IMG/VR virus record: IMGVR_UViG_3300035150_000010
Span: 1-52,791 of that record
Strand: one strand, 5' to 3'
DNA: 52,791 bases
DNA from: a virus
Taxonomy: Duplodnaviria; Caudoviricetes
A program made the translations under genes and the position numbers. Below are positions 18,247 to 27,077 of the stretch, piece after piece; the first letter of the stretch is position 1; the number at the start of each line of letters is the position of its first letter. The notes under the pieces were generated by a model that saw only the letters and a list, made by a program, of their open reading frames with translations, was not told the DNA's origin and did no database searches.

Positions 18247-19458
18247 TCAGGTTCTGACCGGCGGATGGGTATATTCGCTCTGCGGGTCGCCAATCCGCCA
18301 AGCTTGAGCCGCTATAGCGGTCTCGATAGGTAGGTTGTCGATATCTGATACACGCGGAATTCCTTCCACAATGGTACCATTGCGCGGGCACTTAGCCTGA
18401 AGAAACCGACCTGGTTCTCGTAGCCCAGGAAGAGTTAGTTCAATCAGCGCGCCCATATCGCTATCCGGATCACCGTCTATCACCTTACGCTTCAAAACCT
18501 TCACCATGCGATTCCATCCAATCATGGCGGCACCCGCAGCGCGCTGTTCGACGTTCTCGCACTTCAGTATCTCTGCCGGATCGATAGTTTCGCGGTTCTC
18601 GACCCATTCCTTAGGCAGACGGACGCCGTGCCAAGCGTGGATTTCAAAGCCGTCAGGATACCGGATTGCGGGTCCAGTTTCAGAGTGAATACGGCCGTTC
18701 TCCAGTTTGCAGATTTTATGTCTCTCAGAGACAAAGCAGACGTTTCGGTAAGGTAGACACCATCCAGCAGATTTTGACAGTTCCCACAAACCAGTAAGCA
18801 CCGCAGTCTCGTTCACCAAATCGCATTGGTCCGCAAAAAATGCGTAGAATGCTAGCCAATGGGCATCATGTTGACCATAGACGATGTCCCAGACGCTGTC
18901 CCTGACGCTGGCCCTGACGCTGGCCATGACGCTGGCCCTGGTGCTGGCCCTGACGCTGTCCCCGGCACTGGCCCAGACGCTGTCCCCGACGCTGTCCCTG
19001 ACGCTGTCCCAGACGCTGGCCCCGACGCTGGCCCCGGCGCTGTCCCAGACGCTGTCCCTGACGCTGTTCCTGACGCTGTCCCCGACGCTGTCCCCGACGC
19101 TGGCCCAGACGCTGTCCCCGACGCTGGCCCAGACGCTGGCCCAGACGCTGGCCCAGACGCTGTCCCTGACGCTGTCCCAGACGCTGTCCCTGACGCTGTT
19201 CCTGACGCTGGCCCCGGCGCTGGCCCAGACGCTGGCCCCATTTCTTACCAAATGAAAAGCAAGCGTGTTACCTAATGGGCTTTGCGTCCAAACAATGCGC
19301 GGCGCCCTCAAGCCAGCATTTTGATACATCCAATTAATCGCAGATTCAGCGCGCGGTCGGTCCGCAGGCTCAGTGGAAAGTCCTATTTTAGTCCATTTCT
19401 CCACGTACTCTGGAAACTTGGCTTCCTGCTCATAAGTGAGTTTTTCAATCTTCTTCAC
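18247..19458 (-). CDS. DUF6745-like protein with internal S-V-x-x tetrapeptide repeats
   Basis: GQHDAHWL...SAGW..PY...CFVSER...GRIHSETGPAIRYPDGF.IHAWHGV. Confidence 0.75.
   Translation of the reverse strand: MKKIEKLTYEQEAKFPEYVEKWTKIGLSTEPADRPRAESAINWMYQNAGLRAPRIVWTQSPLGNTLAFHLVRNGASVWASAGASVRNSVRDSVWDSVRDSVWASVWASVWASVGDSVWASVGDSVGDSVRNSVRDSVWDSAGASVGASVWDSVRDSVGDSVWASAGDSVRASTRASVMASVRASVRDSVWDIVYGQHDAHWLAFYAFFADQCDLVNETAVLTGLWELSKSAGWCLPYRNVCFVSERHKICKLENGRIHSETGPAIRYPDGFEIHAWHGVRLPKEWVENRETIDPAEILKCENVEQRAAGAAMIGWNRMVKVLKRKVIDGDPDSDMGALIELTLPGLREPGRFLQAKCPRNGTIVEGIPRVSDIDNLPIETAIAAQAWRIGDPQSEYTHPPVRT
18880..19238. repeat. Degenerate 12-bp tandem repeat (GACGCTG[T/G]CCCN), about 30 units
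   Basis: Directly visible; encodes SVWD/SVRD/SVWA/SVGD. Confidence 0.95.
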
Positions 19459-19528
19459 AACACGTCCTTCCTATCGCGTCTACAAATTCTAAATGCCGAT
19501 GGGGCCGCCCGGTGTTTCGGGTCTCGTG

Positions 19529-19840
19529 TTAACCGTCGCCGAAGCCGTCGCCGTTGCCGAAGCCAAAGCCGTCGACGGAGCCGTAGCCGTCGCCGTAGCC
19601 GTCGCCGTTGCCGTCGCCGTTGCCAGAGCCAAAGCCGGAGCCGGAGCCGGAGCCGTCGCCGGAGCCGTAGCCGTCGCCGTAGCCGTCGCCGTTGCCAGAG
19701 CCGGAGCCGGAGCCGTCGCCGTTGCCGGAGCCGTCGCCGTCGCCGTAGCCGAAGCCGAAGCCGGAGCCGGAGCTAGAGCTAGAGCCGGAGCCGGAGCCGG
19801 AGCCGTATTCATAATCCTCGAAATATTTTTCTTTGCTCAT
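19529..19840 (-). CDS. Gly-rich G-x dipeptide repeat protein (GSG/GDG/GYG/GNG)
   Basis: 6-bp degenerate tandem repeat GGCNNN; start overlaps the stop of the upstream gene. Confidence 0.7.
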   Translation of the reverse strand: MSKEKYFEDYEYGSGSGSGSSSSSGSGFGFGYGDGDGSGNGDGSGSGSGNGDGYGDGYGSGDGSGSGSGFGSGNGDGNGDGYGDGYGSVDGFGFGNGDGFGDG

Positions 19841-20220
19841 TATGAGACCTCCGCATTCTCAATTGAGTCGATAGCACTACCGCTCGCAGGAATGATTTCC
19901 AACGCATCTGTAATTGTCATTTCAGCAACGGACGAACAGACCTTCGATTTTTCGGCGACAATGCCGTGCACAGCAACGTCCGAAAGGCTAATTCCGGAGG
20001 CTACAAACCATTTCCACAAACGCCGTGCGTTTTTCAACTCGACACAACGACCATCTTGGCTGACCAATTCGCCGAAATGAACGCCGCTCGCATAGGTACG
20101 GATGATGCACTTCTTTCCGATGTGCGGAGATTTGTAGGAGCAATCACCAGCACCACCAAGCGCGCCAGCGATTTCAGCAATTTTCTTCAACTCTCCAACT
20201 GTCAAATCATCAATATTCAT
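19840..20220 (-). CDS. Conserved phage protein (DUF6948-like)
   Basis: MNIDDLT...IIRTYASGVHFGEL...V.LKNARRLW.W...SLS.VA..G. Confidence 0.75.
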   Translation of the reverse strand: MNIDDLTVGELKKIAEIAGALGGAGDCSYKSPHIGKKCIIRTYASGVHFGELVSQDGRCVELKNARRLWKWFVASGISLSDVAVHGIVAEKSKVCSSVAEMTITDALEIIPASGSAIDSIENAEVS

Positions 20221-20279
20221 TTCTGCATCCTTTCATGTTTGCACGTTAACATTATCACGTTCTTTGAAACGTGCAAGAG

Positions 20280-21248
20280 CTAATGACAGGCCGCTATCGA
20301 TTTTGCTTCCCGCACGATCTCATCAGGATAAACGGTCTCACGATGATCCGGCGGGTACTCGTCGCCAATCGGTCCTAGCCTCTCCCATAGCCGGCCGTTC
20401 ATCTCGCCACCTGCCTTGCGCTCGAAATACGCTGTGCATCGTCGCACTGCCAGGAGCCGAGACATCTGCTTGCCGTTCTTGAGCGTGATCTGTTCTTCTG
20501 GTGGATTATCTTGCTTGGACTGGAATTGCTCCCATCCAGCCTGGTTGAGCCATGTGACCGCCTGCTGAGTGTATTGCGCGTCCTGACCGTTGCGAGCCGC
20601 GGCATATGCCTTTGCGCCTTGAATGATCGTATCGACAGGCACACCGCCTCTTGTGAGGCCCTTCCATTTTTTGAAAGCCGGCAGCTTCGGATTGTTGCCT
20701 GTTCGCTTTGGATAGGCTTTCCAGAATGCTTCGAAATCAGGTGTGTATTTCGTTCCGGTTTGTTTATTTGGCTTTGGAGAATCATCGAGCGGAAGCTCGC
20801 CACTTTCGGGCGGCGCTTTTGCGTCGTCCAATATATATTCTTCTCTTATTCCCTTCTTATATTCTTTAGATGTTGTTGGAAGCCTGTTGGAAGCCTGTTG
20901 GAAGCCTGTTGAATGGCTGTTATCTTGCCTGTTATCTTCCTGAAATTCATCCCACTTAGCTATTGATACTATTGAGAATTTTGAGTGTGTCGTGACTGTT
21001 ATCTCGCCTGTTGATTTTAGCTTTGAAAAGACTGTGCGCACCTGTTGCACTGACAAACCGCATTCTTTTGCGAGCGCAGGATAGCCGGTGACGCGCGATC
21101 CAGGCATAACCTCGCGCCCTTCAAATCTGCTTTTTTCGTAGTTGACGGTCAGCAGTAGATGGAGCCACACGCGAACGCAATTTGCGTCGTGATACCATTC
21201 CCAATTTCTCATCTTTCGATGAATCTTAAGCCAGCCTACTGGATGCAT
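20280..21248 (-). CDS. Phage replication initiator protein
   Basis: GWLKIHRKM..WEW wHTH N-terminus, FEAFWKAYPKR...TWLNQ..W C-terminal domain; likely start at MHPVG. Confidence 0.85.
   Translation of the reverse strand: MHPVGWLKIHRKMRNWEWYHDANCVRVWLHLLLTVNYEKSRFEGREVMPGSRVTGYPALAKECGLSVQQVRTVFSKLKSTGEITVTTHSKFSIVSIAKWDEFQEDNRQDNSHSTGFQQASNRLPTTSKEYKKGIREEYILDDAKAPPESGELPLDDSPKPNKQTGTKYTPDFEAFWKAYPKRTGNNPKLPAFKKWKGLTRGGVPVDTIIQGAKAYAAARNGQDAQYTQQAVTWLNQAGWEQFQSKQDNPPEEQITLKNGKQMSRLLAVRRCTAYFERKAGGEMNGRLWERLGPIGDEYPPDHRETVYPDEIVREAKSIAACH
20830..20940. promoter_or_regulatory. Probable replication origin (iterons plus AT-rich tract inside the initiator gene)
   Basis: TGTTGGAAGCC x3 followed by three degenerate copies (20874-20940), next to a pyrimidine/AT-rich run; lambdoid ori layout. 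Confidence 0.7.
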
Positions 21249-21484
21249 TTCGGGCGTGCCTTTGCATTGGCGCAACCCATAGCGGACTCTTATTAGGGGA
21301 GCGCAGGTTTGAAGCAGGTTGAGTTGGCGGTGCCTCAATGGCTAACCTGCAATGCCTAACCCGATTGAGATAGCTAGTCTCCGGGCGGCACCGCCAATTG
21401 CAATGTCACAAAAGCAGATGCGAACGTCAACAATTTATTTCAAAAAACATGTTGCAATGCTCAACAAGACGTGCAACAAAGGTT

Positions 21485-21565
21485 TTGCCAATCGTGGTGA
21501 ATGAAACGGTTACTTCATTGGGAATGAAACCACACCGTTTCAGCTTGTTCCCGAATGGTTGACAA
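21485..21565 (+). ncRNA. Short Y-like RNA (Ro60-associated)
   Basis: Terminal stem, UGAAACGG/CCGUUUCA helix, CGGUUACUUC and (U/C)UGUUCCC motifs shared with the next RNA; upstream of the TROVE gene. Confidence 0.75.
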
Positions 21566-21706
21566 CAGCAGAGGTGGCGTAGAAGTCGGTTACTTCTCCT
21601 GCTAAGAGTGAGGTCACGGGTTCGAGTCCCGTCATCAGCGCAAGCTGATGTAGCTCAGCTGGTTAGAGCGCATACGTTATCCGGTTTCGCCTGTTCCCCT
21701 CTGCTG
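21566..21706 (+). ncRNA. yrlA: YrlA-like Y RNA with a circularly permuted tRNA domain
   Basis: CAGCAGAGG/CCUCUGCUG closing stem; T arm ACGGG-UUCGAGU-CCCGU, acceptor stem closed by GCAA, D arm GCUC-AGCUGGUUA-GAGC; adjacent to Ro60. Confidence 0.88.
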
Positions 21707-21737
21707 TTCTCTCCATTCGGCGCATAGGAGATTTAAA

Positions 21738-23042
21738 ATGCGCCTAAATGTTACTTCCAACTATGACCTCCAATATACCCATGAAGGGGCAAAGGCAAAG
21801 CGCGTGACGCCGGAACAGGCTTTGCGCCGTTCTGTGCTGTCCTGCCTGCTGTGGGAAAAGACCTTTTACGAGGACGGCAAGGACATCGCAGACCGCATCC
21901 TTGAGAACGCTGCAAAGGTCGATAAAGAAACCGTTTCAGCTCTTGCAATCGAGGCCCGCAACGTTCACGGACTGCGACACGCCCCGTTGATGCTGCTTCT
22001 CGACCTGATCCGACGTGGTGGCCCTGGCACTGCTGAAACGATCAAAAATACCCTACGGCGCGCTGATGAAATGGCAGAGCTTGTCGCGCTTTATTGGAAG
22101 GACGGAAAGAAACCGCTTTCCAAGCAGATGAAACTTGGCCTTGCCTGCGCCTTCGGCAAGTTCTCTGAATACCAGCTTGCCAAGTACGACCGCGACGGTC
22201 CGGTGAAACTCCGTGATGTTCTGTTCATGACGCATCCGAAGCCAAAGGATGCAGAGCAGGAAGCACTCTTCAAGCGTGTTGCCGATCGCGAGCTTGCTAC
22301 ACCGGACACATGGGAAACTTCTCTGTCTGCCGGATGCGACAAGCGCGAGACATTCGAGCGCATGATCCGAGAAGGCAAGCTTGGCTATCTGGCATTGCTT
22401 CGCAATTTGCGTAACATGATGGATGCCGGTTGTGACCGTGGCCTTGTTTCTGACGCCATCATTGCGCGGAAAGGAGCTGAACTGGTGTTCCCGTTCCGCT
22501 ATGTTGCCGCCGCCCGCGCGTGTCCGCAGCTTGAACCGGTGATTGATCAGGCGCTATGCGAGGCTATCGCGTCCGCGCCGCGTCTATCCGGAACAACTGC
22601 CGTTCTTGTCGATGTGTCTGGGTCCATGTTCTACGATAAGGTTTCGGCCAAGTCGGACATGACCCGTGCAGATGCAGCCGCTGCGCTTGCCTCAGTGATC
22701 AATGGCGACTTGCGTGTGTTCACGTTCTCTAATCAGATCGTCGAAGTTCCGGCACGCCGTGGAATGGCGGGTGTTGATGCTGTAATCAATTCTCAGCCGC
22801 ATGGCAGAACCTATCTAGGAGCTGCAGTGACTGCGATCAACAATGAAATCCCTTGCGACCGGCTTATCGTCATCACTGACGAACAGTCGCATGATCGTGT
22901 ACCTGACCCGGTTTCTAAGAAGGCGTACATGATCAATGTTGCTGGCTACAAGAACGGCGTAGGATATGGTCGTTGGACGCACATCGATGGCTTCAGCGAG
23001 TCGGTTATCCGGTTTATTGCAGAGGTTGAGAATGACCGGTGA
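21738..23042 (+). CDS. rsr: Ro60/Rsr TROVE-domain RNA-binding protein with vWA domain
   Basis: THEG, FYEDG, YQLAKY, TWET.LS, ALLRNLRN, PFRY, DVSGSM MIDAS, ITDEQ; AGGAG RBS. Confidence 0.95.
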   Translation: MRLNVTSNYDLQYTHEGAKAKRVTPEQALRRSVLSCLLWEKTFYEDGKDIADRILENAAKVDKETVSALAIEARNVHGLRHAPLMLLLDLIRRGGPGTAETIKNTLRRADEMAELVALYWKDGKKPLSKQMKLGLACAFGKFSEYQLAKYDRDGPVKLRDVLFMTHPKPKDAEQEALFKRVADRELATPDTWETSLSAGCDKRETFERMIREGKLGYLALLRNLRNMMDAGCDRGLVSDAIIARKGAELVFPFRYVAAARACPQLEPVIDQALCEAIASAPRLSGTTAVLVDVSGSMFYDKVSAKSDMTRADAAAALASVINGDLRVFTFSNQIVEVPARRGMAGVDAVINSQPHGRTYLGAAVTAINNEIPCDRLIVITDEQSHDRVPDPVSKKAYMINVAGYKNGVGYGRWTHIDGFSESVIRFIAEVENDR

Positions 23043-23211
23043 AGAGCTAAAAGAAGCCGGCATCAAACTTTTTGGTAGGCGCGGGTGGCAATCTGCGCTT
23101 GCCGAAAGGCTGGGCATAGACCGCACACAAGTCTGGCGATACATGCAGAACGACCGGGTTCCTGGCCCGGTCGCCGCTGCTGTTGAGTGTTGGCTCAAAA
23201 ACTCGTCTTAG
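23032..23211 (+). CDS. Small XRE-type HTH regulator co-transcribed with Ro60
   Basis: MTGEELK...WQSALAERLGIDRTQVWRY...VPGPV. Confidence 0.8.
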   Translation: MTGEELKEAGIKLFGRRGWQSALAERLGIDRTQVWRYMQNDRVPGPVAAAVECWLKNSS

Positions 23212-24589
23212 CCGCAATATGCGCCTTGCCGATCTCGCAATATGTCTTGTGCGTATTGATTGGCCCGGTGCGGTTTTTGGCGATGATCCATTCAAGATCC
23301 TTGGCGCGACTGTCGGCCTTTTCCGTGAACTCAATGTCCGTTCCGAATTTCGGATCGCGCTCGTCGTAGTAGGCAGGCCGGTATAGGAACACGACCTGGT
23401 CGGCATCTTGTTCGAGCGACCCTGAATCGCGCAGATCGGACAGCACGGGTCGCTTGTTATCCCTGCTTTCTACGGCTCTGGAAAGCTGCGACAGGGCGAC
23501 CATGCAGACGTTGAGCTTTTTTGCCAGCCCCTTGAGCCCGGCCGATATCTCACCGATCTCGTTGACCTTGCTGCCCTTGTAACGGTCTCCGGCAGACATG
23601 AGGCCAAGATAGTCAACCACGATGGCGCCCAGCTGTATGCCACGGCGCTCAAAGCTCTGCTGCATCACCCTGGCGCGCGCCTCGATCTGGCCTATGGTTA
23701 AGCCGCTGGTGTCGTCTATCTCAATCGGCAGCTGCCGCGCGGTGTCGGCATATCGCTTGTAAGCCTCGAACTGTTCCCGGGTAAGCCTACCGTTGTTGAT
23801 GTCGCCGTAATAAAGCTCCTCATGGCCCATTGCGGCCTCTGCGGCAACGAGACGGGAGAACCATTGTTCGCGGCTGATTTCGAGCGTGAAGACAGCAACG
23901 CCGAATTTCTGACGGGCGGCACGGCGGGCAATATGAACGCCGGCCACTGTCTTGCCCATGCCTGGCCTCGCGGCGATCAATAGGAGATTTGTCGGAAGCA
24001 GGCCGCCAAGGTCCCGGTCAAGCTCGCTAATGCCAATCTTCGGAACAGGCGGCGCCTTGCCTTCCATGATCATCTGAATTTTTTCGGTCAAACCCGCCTC
24101 GATGCCGTCCAGGCTGTCGTCCTTTCCGGTTTCTTCCGGTCGAAGCTGGAAAAGCCGGGCACCCAAATCGTCGATCATGGCGTTCGAGCTCGTGCCTATC
24201 GGCGCGTCATAGGCCAGCTCTGTGACAGACTGAGCCAGCGCTATCATGTTCCGGCGCGTGGCAAGGTCAACAATCTGCTGAGCATAATCTGTGGCATTGA
24301 TGCGGTTTATGCTGTCCTTGACGAGACTGAGCAGGAATTTGACTACCGACATGCCGCCCCACTGCTCGCCGTCGCTCAGATAGGTCTTGAGCGTGACTGG
24401 AGAAGCGTCCTTGCCATCATTGATCAGGGTCGCCGCCTTCTCGTAAATGGTCCTGTGTTCTTTGATGAAAAAATGCTCTGGCTTCAGGATGTCAGCGACG
24501 AGATAGAACACATCATTGCTCATCAGAATTGCGCCCAGCAACTGCCTTTCCGCCTCCGCGTTGTGCGGCGGCGTGCGTCCCTCGGTCAT
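23195..24589 (-). CDS. dnaB: Replicative DNA helicase DnaB
   Basis: PPHN.EAE..LLGAIL, AARPGMGKT, VDYLGLM, LSQLSR, LSDLRDSGSLEQDAD, KNRTGP. Confidence 0.96.
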   Translation of the reverse strand: MTEGRTPPHNAEAERQLLGAILMSNDVFYLVADILKPEHFFIKEHRTIYEKAATLINDGKDASPVTLKTYLSDGEQWGGMSVVKFLLSLVKDSINRINATDYAQQIVDLATRRNMIALAQSVTELAYDAPIGTSSNAMIDDLGARLFQLRPEETGKDDSLDGIEAGLTEKIQMIMEGKAPPVPKIGISELDRDLGGLLPTNLLLIAARPGMGKTVAGVHIARRAARQKFGVAVFTLEISREQWFSRLVAAEAAMGHEELYYGDINNGRLTREQFEAYKRYADTARQLPIEIDDTSGLTIGQIEARARVMQQSFERRGIQLGAIVVDYLGLMSAGDRYKGSKVNEIGEISAGLKGLAKKLNVCMVALSQLSRAVESRDNKRPVLSDLRDSGSLEQDADQVVFLYRPAYYDERDPKFGTDIEFTEKADSRAKDLEWIIAKNRTGPINTHKTYCEIGKAHIAAKTSF

Positions 24590-25375
24590 GGTGCCTCCCC
24601 TGTTTCAGTCGACGGTTTTCGGATCTGTTATCCACCAACGCGAACTTTGGCTCTTAGGTGGCGACGTAAGGGGGCCGATGACTACACCTGCATCATCGCG
24701 AAAAAACCCCATATAGTCTTTTTCCATTTTGGCGCAGTCAAAATCGATCTGCTTAAATCGAAAGGGGGATTGTGAAGTACCAACATGTGGATGATCCCAA
24801 GATGTAAAATCATCCTCGCTAAATGCAAATAGCGCCATCGTCCGCTCCTTCGTTTCAGTCGTCTTTTCCAAATTCATTCATGCCTTCGAGAATGATCAAG
24901 GCGAATGGCGCAAGCATCACAAAGCCTGAGATAAACCCCATTGCTGCCATCCCGGCATCATTGACATACAGCCCGGTGACGCCCATGGCGACGAGAGCGG
25001 CCCCTGTGCCGACCCATAACAAGCCAAACAAAGCTATAAGTGCTTCCATAGTCATTCGCTCCATTATTTATCCGCTTCGTTCCCGATAGCTTGGTAGAGA
25101 TTATGCAGCACACTGACTGCGTTTTCCGCCATCTTCAGCAAGTGCGGATGCGATTGGACAAAGGCGGAATCAACAACGTGATCAGCGAAAGTTTCAGTCA
25201 GCACATACGTTGTGTGCAACGCTTCATGGGCATGAAATTCATCTGGCTTTGACATTCCATCCGCTCCTCTATTTTCTGTCCATCTTTGCCCGGATCTTCG
25301 CCAACAAGGCATCGGCCGCCGTTCCTATCGGCTGCCAGTCGTCGGGCTTGGCTGGTTTTTGCTTGGTTTTTTCGG

Positions 25376-25759
25376 TCATGATGCGTCTGCGTCCAAGTGT
25401 GAGCGATACCAACTCAAAAGTTCGGCATTGACAAACTCTGTGATCCGCTCAGGCTCGTCTTCGTATGCCTCTACCATTGGCCTGATGTTTTTGTCGAAGT
25501 ACAAAGACGAGCCGTCATGCCAGCAAGGACCACCGAGCAGCCAGCATTTCTCGTGCTGCGGCTCATCTGGATAAAACTCGTAAGGCTTGGTTTTGAAATG
25601 TACTTCGCATCCCCCGTAGCACTTGGTGCCAAATACAGTATCCGAGCTAAATTGAGCCCAGATATGGACGCCGCCCTTGTCGCCTACCAGCGTCCAGATA
25701 AAACGCTTCACAGGAGTGTCACTGTCCTTGGCTTCAAATCCATACTTCAAGTCTGTCAT
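25376..25759 (-). CDS. Hypothetical phage protein
   Basis: ORF downstream of a TTGACA..TAAATT promoter; G.EVH...C.LLGGPCWHDGSSL. Confidence 0.6.
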   Translation of the reverse strand: MTDLKYGFEAKDSDTPVKRFIWTLVGDKGGVHIWAQFSSDTVFGTKCYGGCEVHFKTKPYEFYPDEPQHEKCWLLGGPCWHDGSSLYFDKNIRPMVEAYEDEPERITEFVNAELLSWYRSHLDADAS

Positions 25760-25819
25760 GATACGTCCCTTCATGTTTGCACGTTTAATTTACACCTTAT
25801 CCAGTGGATGTCAACGGGC

Positions 25820-25882
25820 AAAAGAAAAGCCCCGCAGCGGGAGGATTGCTGCGGGGCCTTGCTCCCCGAGGGAAGGGAGTTG
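25820..25882 (-). ncRNA. Hairpins with C/U-rich (anti-SD) loops ending in an intrinsic terminator
   Basis: GCCCCGCAGC-AAUCCUCCC-GCUGCGGGGC-UUUUCUUUU, preceded by a CUCCC-UUCCCUCG-GGGAG hairpin. Confidence 0.55.
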
Positions 25883-26042
25883 CAAATCGAAGGACGCGAT
25901 TGCACGTCTGTTGTCTCACGTCGCGGGGGAAAGGTCAAGGGGTGTCCGCAGCTCTCAACCGTTTTTCCAGATCCTTCCCCGGCCGCATGATCGGCAGCCA
26001 GGTTTCTAGATCGCATTTCTCTACGGTTATCTCGACGTGTTG

Positions 26043-26354
26043 TCATCCGTGAAACCAGATGCTCGTGCCGACGCAATGCCGATCATCCGGGACGCGCCCG
26101 TGCTTGCGGAGAAGATCAGGTGTTCCCTTTTCAAGATTGCCGACGTCAACCCGTGTGAATGATCTGGGCACAAGCACCGTGATCGACCAATAGCAGGGAT
26201 CCGGAAGCTTACCCGGCTGGCGGTTTAGCTCATGGCCGGCAAGTTCGAACCATGCTCGGTAAGCAGCCGACTTGATCTTGCGCCCGTTGGCTACGGTCGT
26301 TGAGTTGTTGACGCTCGGCGGCGGGGCGGACAGGGTAAAGCGGAGGGCGGTCAT
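26043..26354 (-). CDS. rusA: RusA-like Holliday junction resolvase (possibly C-terminally truncated)
   Basis: PPPSVNN...KSAAYRAW...RVDVGNLEK...DLL...V.DDR. Confidence 0.75.
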   Translation of the reverse strand: MTALRFTLSAPPPSVNNSTTVANGRKIKSAAYRAWFELAGHELNRQPGKLPDPCYWSITVLVPRSFTRVDVGNLEKGTPDLLRKHGRVPDDRHCVGTSIWFHG

Positions 26355-26767
26355 TGTTTGTCCAGAAGTTCGAGGATGGCGTCTGGCGCACCCATGGAAA
26401 CGTTTTCGTCGTAATGCCGCGCAATCTCAGCAGCTTCTCTCAGCGCCTTTTCACGGGCGTCTTTGATGGCTTTGCGGACCGGTTCTGCACCGTTCCAATC
26501 TCCGGGCTCGCCAATCGCTCCAGTGCAATCCTGGTAGATTTCATGCACAGTCGATTTCTGGGTGTCGCTTTCCGTCGAATGAATGCGCGCTTCCAAAACG
26601 AGCTTGGCGTTAATATCCTGCAGTTCCGCCACCCTTGCGGTAAGGCGTTCGATTTCGCGCGCTGCATATACAGGAATAGCCCCAGGATCACCATTTGCGC
26701 ATGTGTGTAGGCTGCCGGTTCCATCAAGGTCACGAAGCCAAGCAATAGGAAAAACAAGGTCACTCAT
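26351..26767 (-). CDS. Hypothetical coiled-coil phage protein
   Basis: ORF coupled to both neighbours. Confidence 0.55.
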   Translation of the reverse strand: MSDLVFPIAWLRDLDGTGSLHTCANGDPGAIPVYAAREIERLTARVAELQDINAKLVLEARIHSTESDTQKSTVHEIYQDCTGAIGEPGDWNGAEPVRKAIKDAREKALREAAEIARHYDENVSMGAPDAILELLDKQ

Positions 26768-26999
26768 TGTCTTTCTCCTCCAATTCCTTCAGCCGCGCAT
26801 CATAGAGCCGCTGATACTCATCCTCCGGGAACTTGTCGTCACTGAGTAGGCGCACTTCCTCGTCCTCGCACATGGCTATAAGCTGCCTAGTGCGGGTGAC
26901 TTTCTCGCCGCTTTGCATAGCCCGAGCATCGGCCAGTGCTCCAAGGCGTGCGTAGACATTTTTGCTCAGACGGAAGGTCCGGCTTGCGTGTGATCCCAT
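26760..26999 (-). CDS. Ribbon-helix-helix (Arc/CopG-like) regulator, Cro-like position
   Basis: MGSHASRTFRLSKNVYARLGALA...; first gene left of the divergent promoter region. Confidence 0.55.
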   Translation of the reverse strand: MGSHASRTFRLSKNVYARLGALADARAMQSGEKVTRTRQLIAMCEDEEVRLLSDDKFPEDEYQRLYDARLKELEEKDNE

Positions 27000-27075
27000 T
27001 GAAAAAACCTTTCTTGCACGTTGACAATTATTGTATAGCATGCCATAAACGTGCTGTAAACAAGAGGAGAGTTTA
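27000..27075. promoter_or_regulatory. Divergent early promoter/operator region
   Basis: Strand switch of gene blocks; TTGCAC/TTGACA boxes and ACGTGC operator-like motifs. Confidence 0.6.
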
Positions 27076-27077
27076 CC

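Noticed and set aside
18852-19275. Long alternative-frame ORFs and a possible CRISPR or DGR repeat
   Set aside because: The ORFs are by-products of a stop-free 12-bp tandem repeat. There are no unique spacers, cas genes or reverse transcriptase.
19282-20080. Ala/Val- and Arg/Ser-rich ORFs in other frames
   Set aside because: Shadow frames of the 6-bp repeat. Only the G-x frame has a start coupled to the upstream gene.
21595-21676. Apparent tRNA gene (T and D arms)
   Set aside because: Arms are in permuted order, the acceptor stem is capped by GCAA and there is no CCA end. It is a Y-RNA tRNA mimic, not a functional tRNA.
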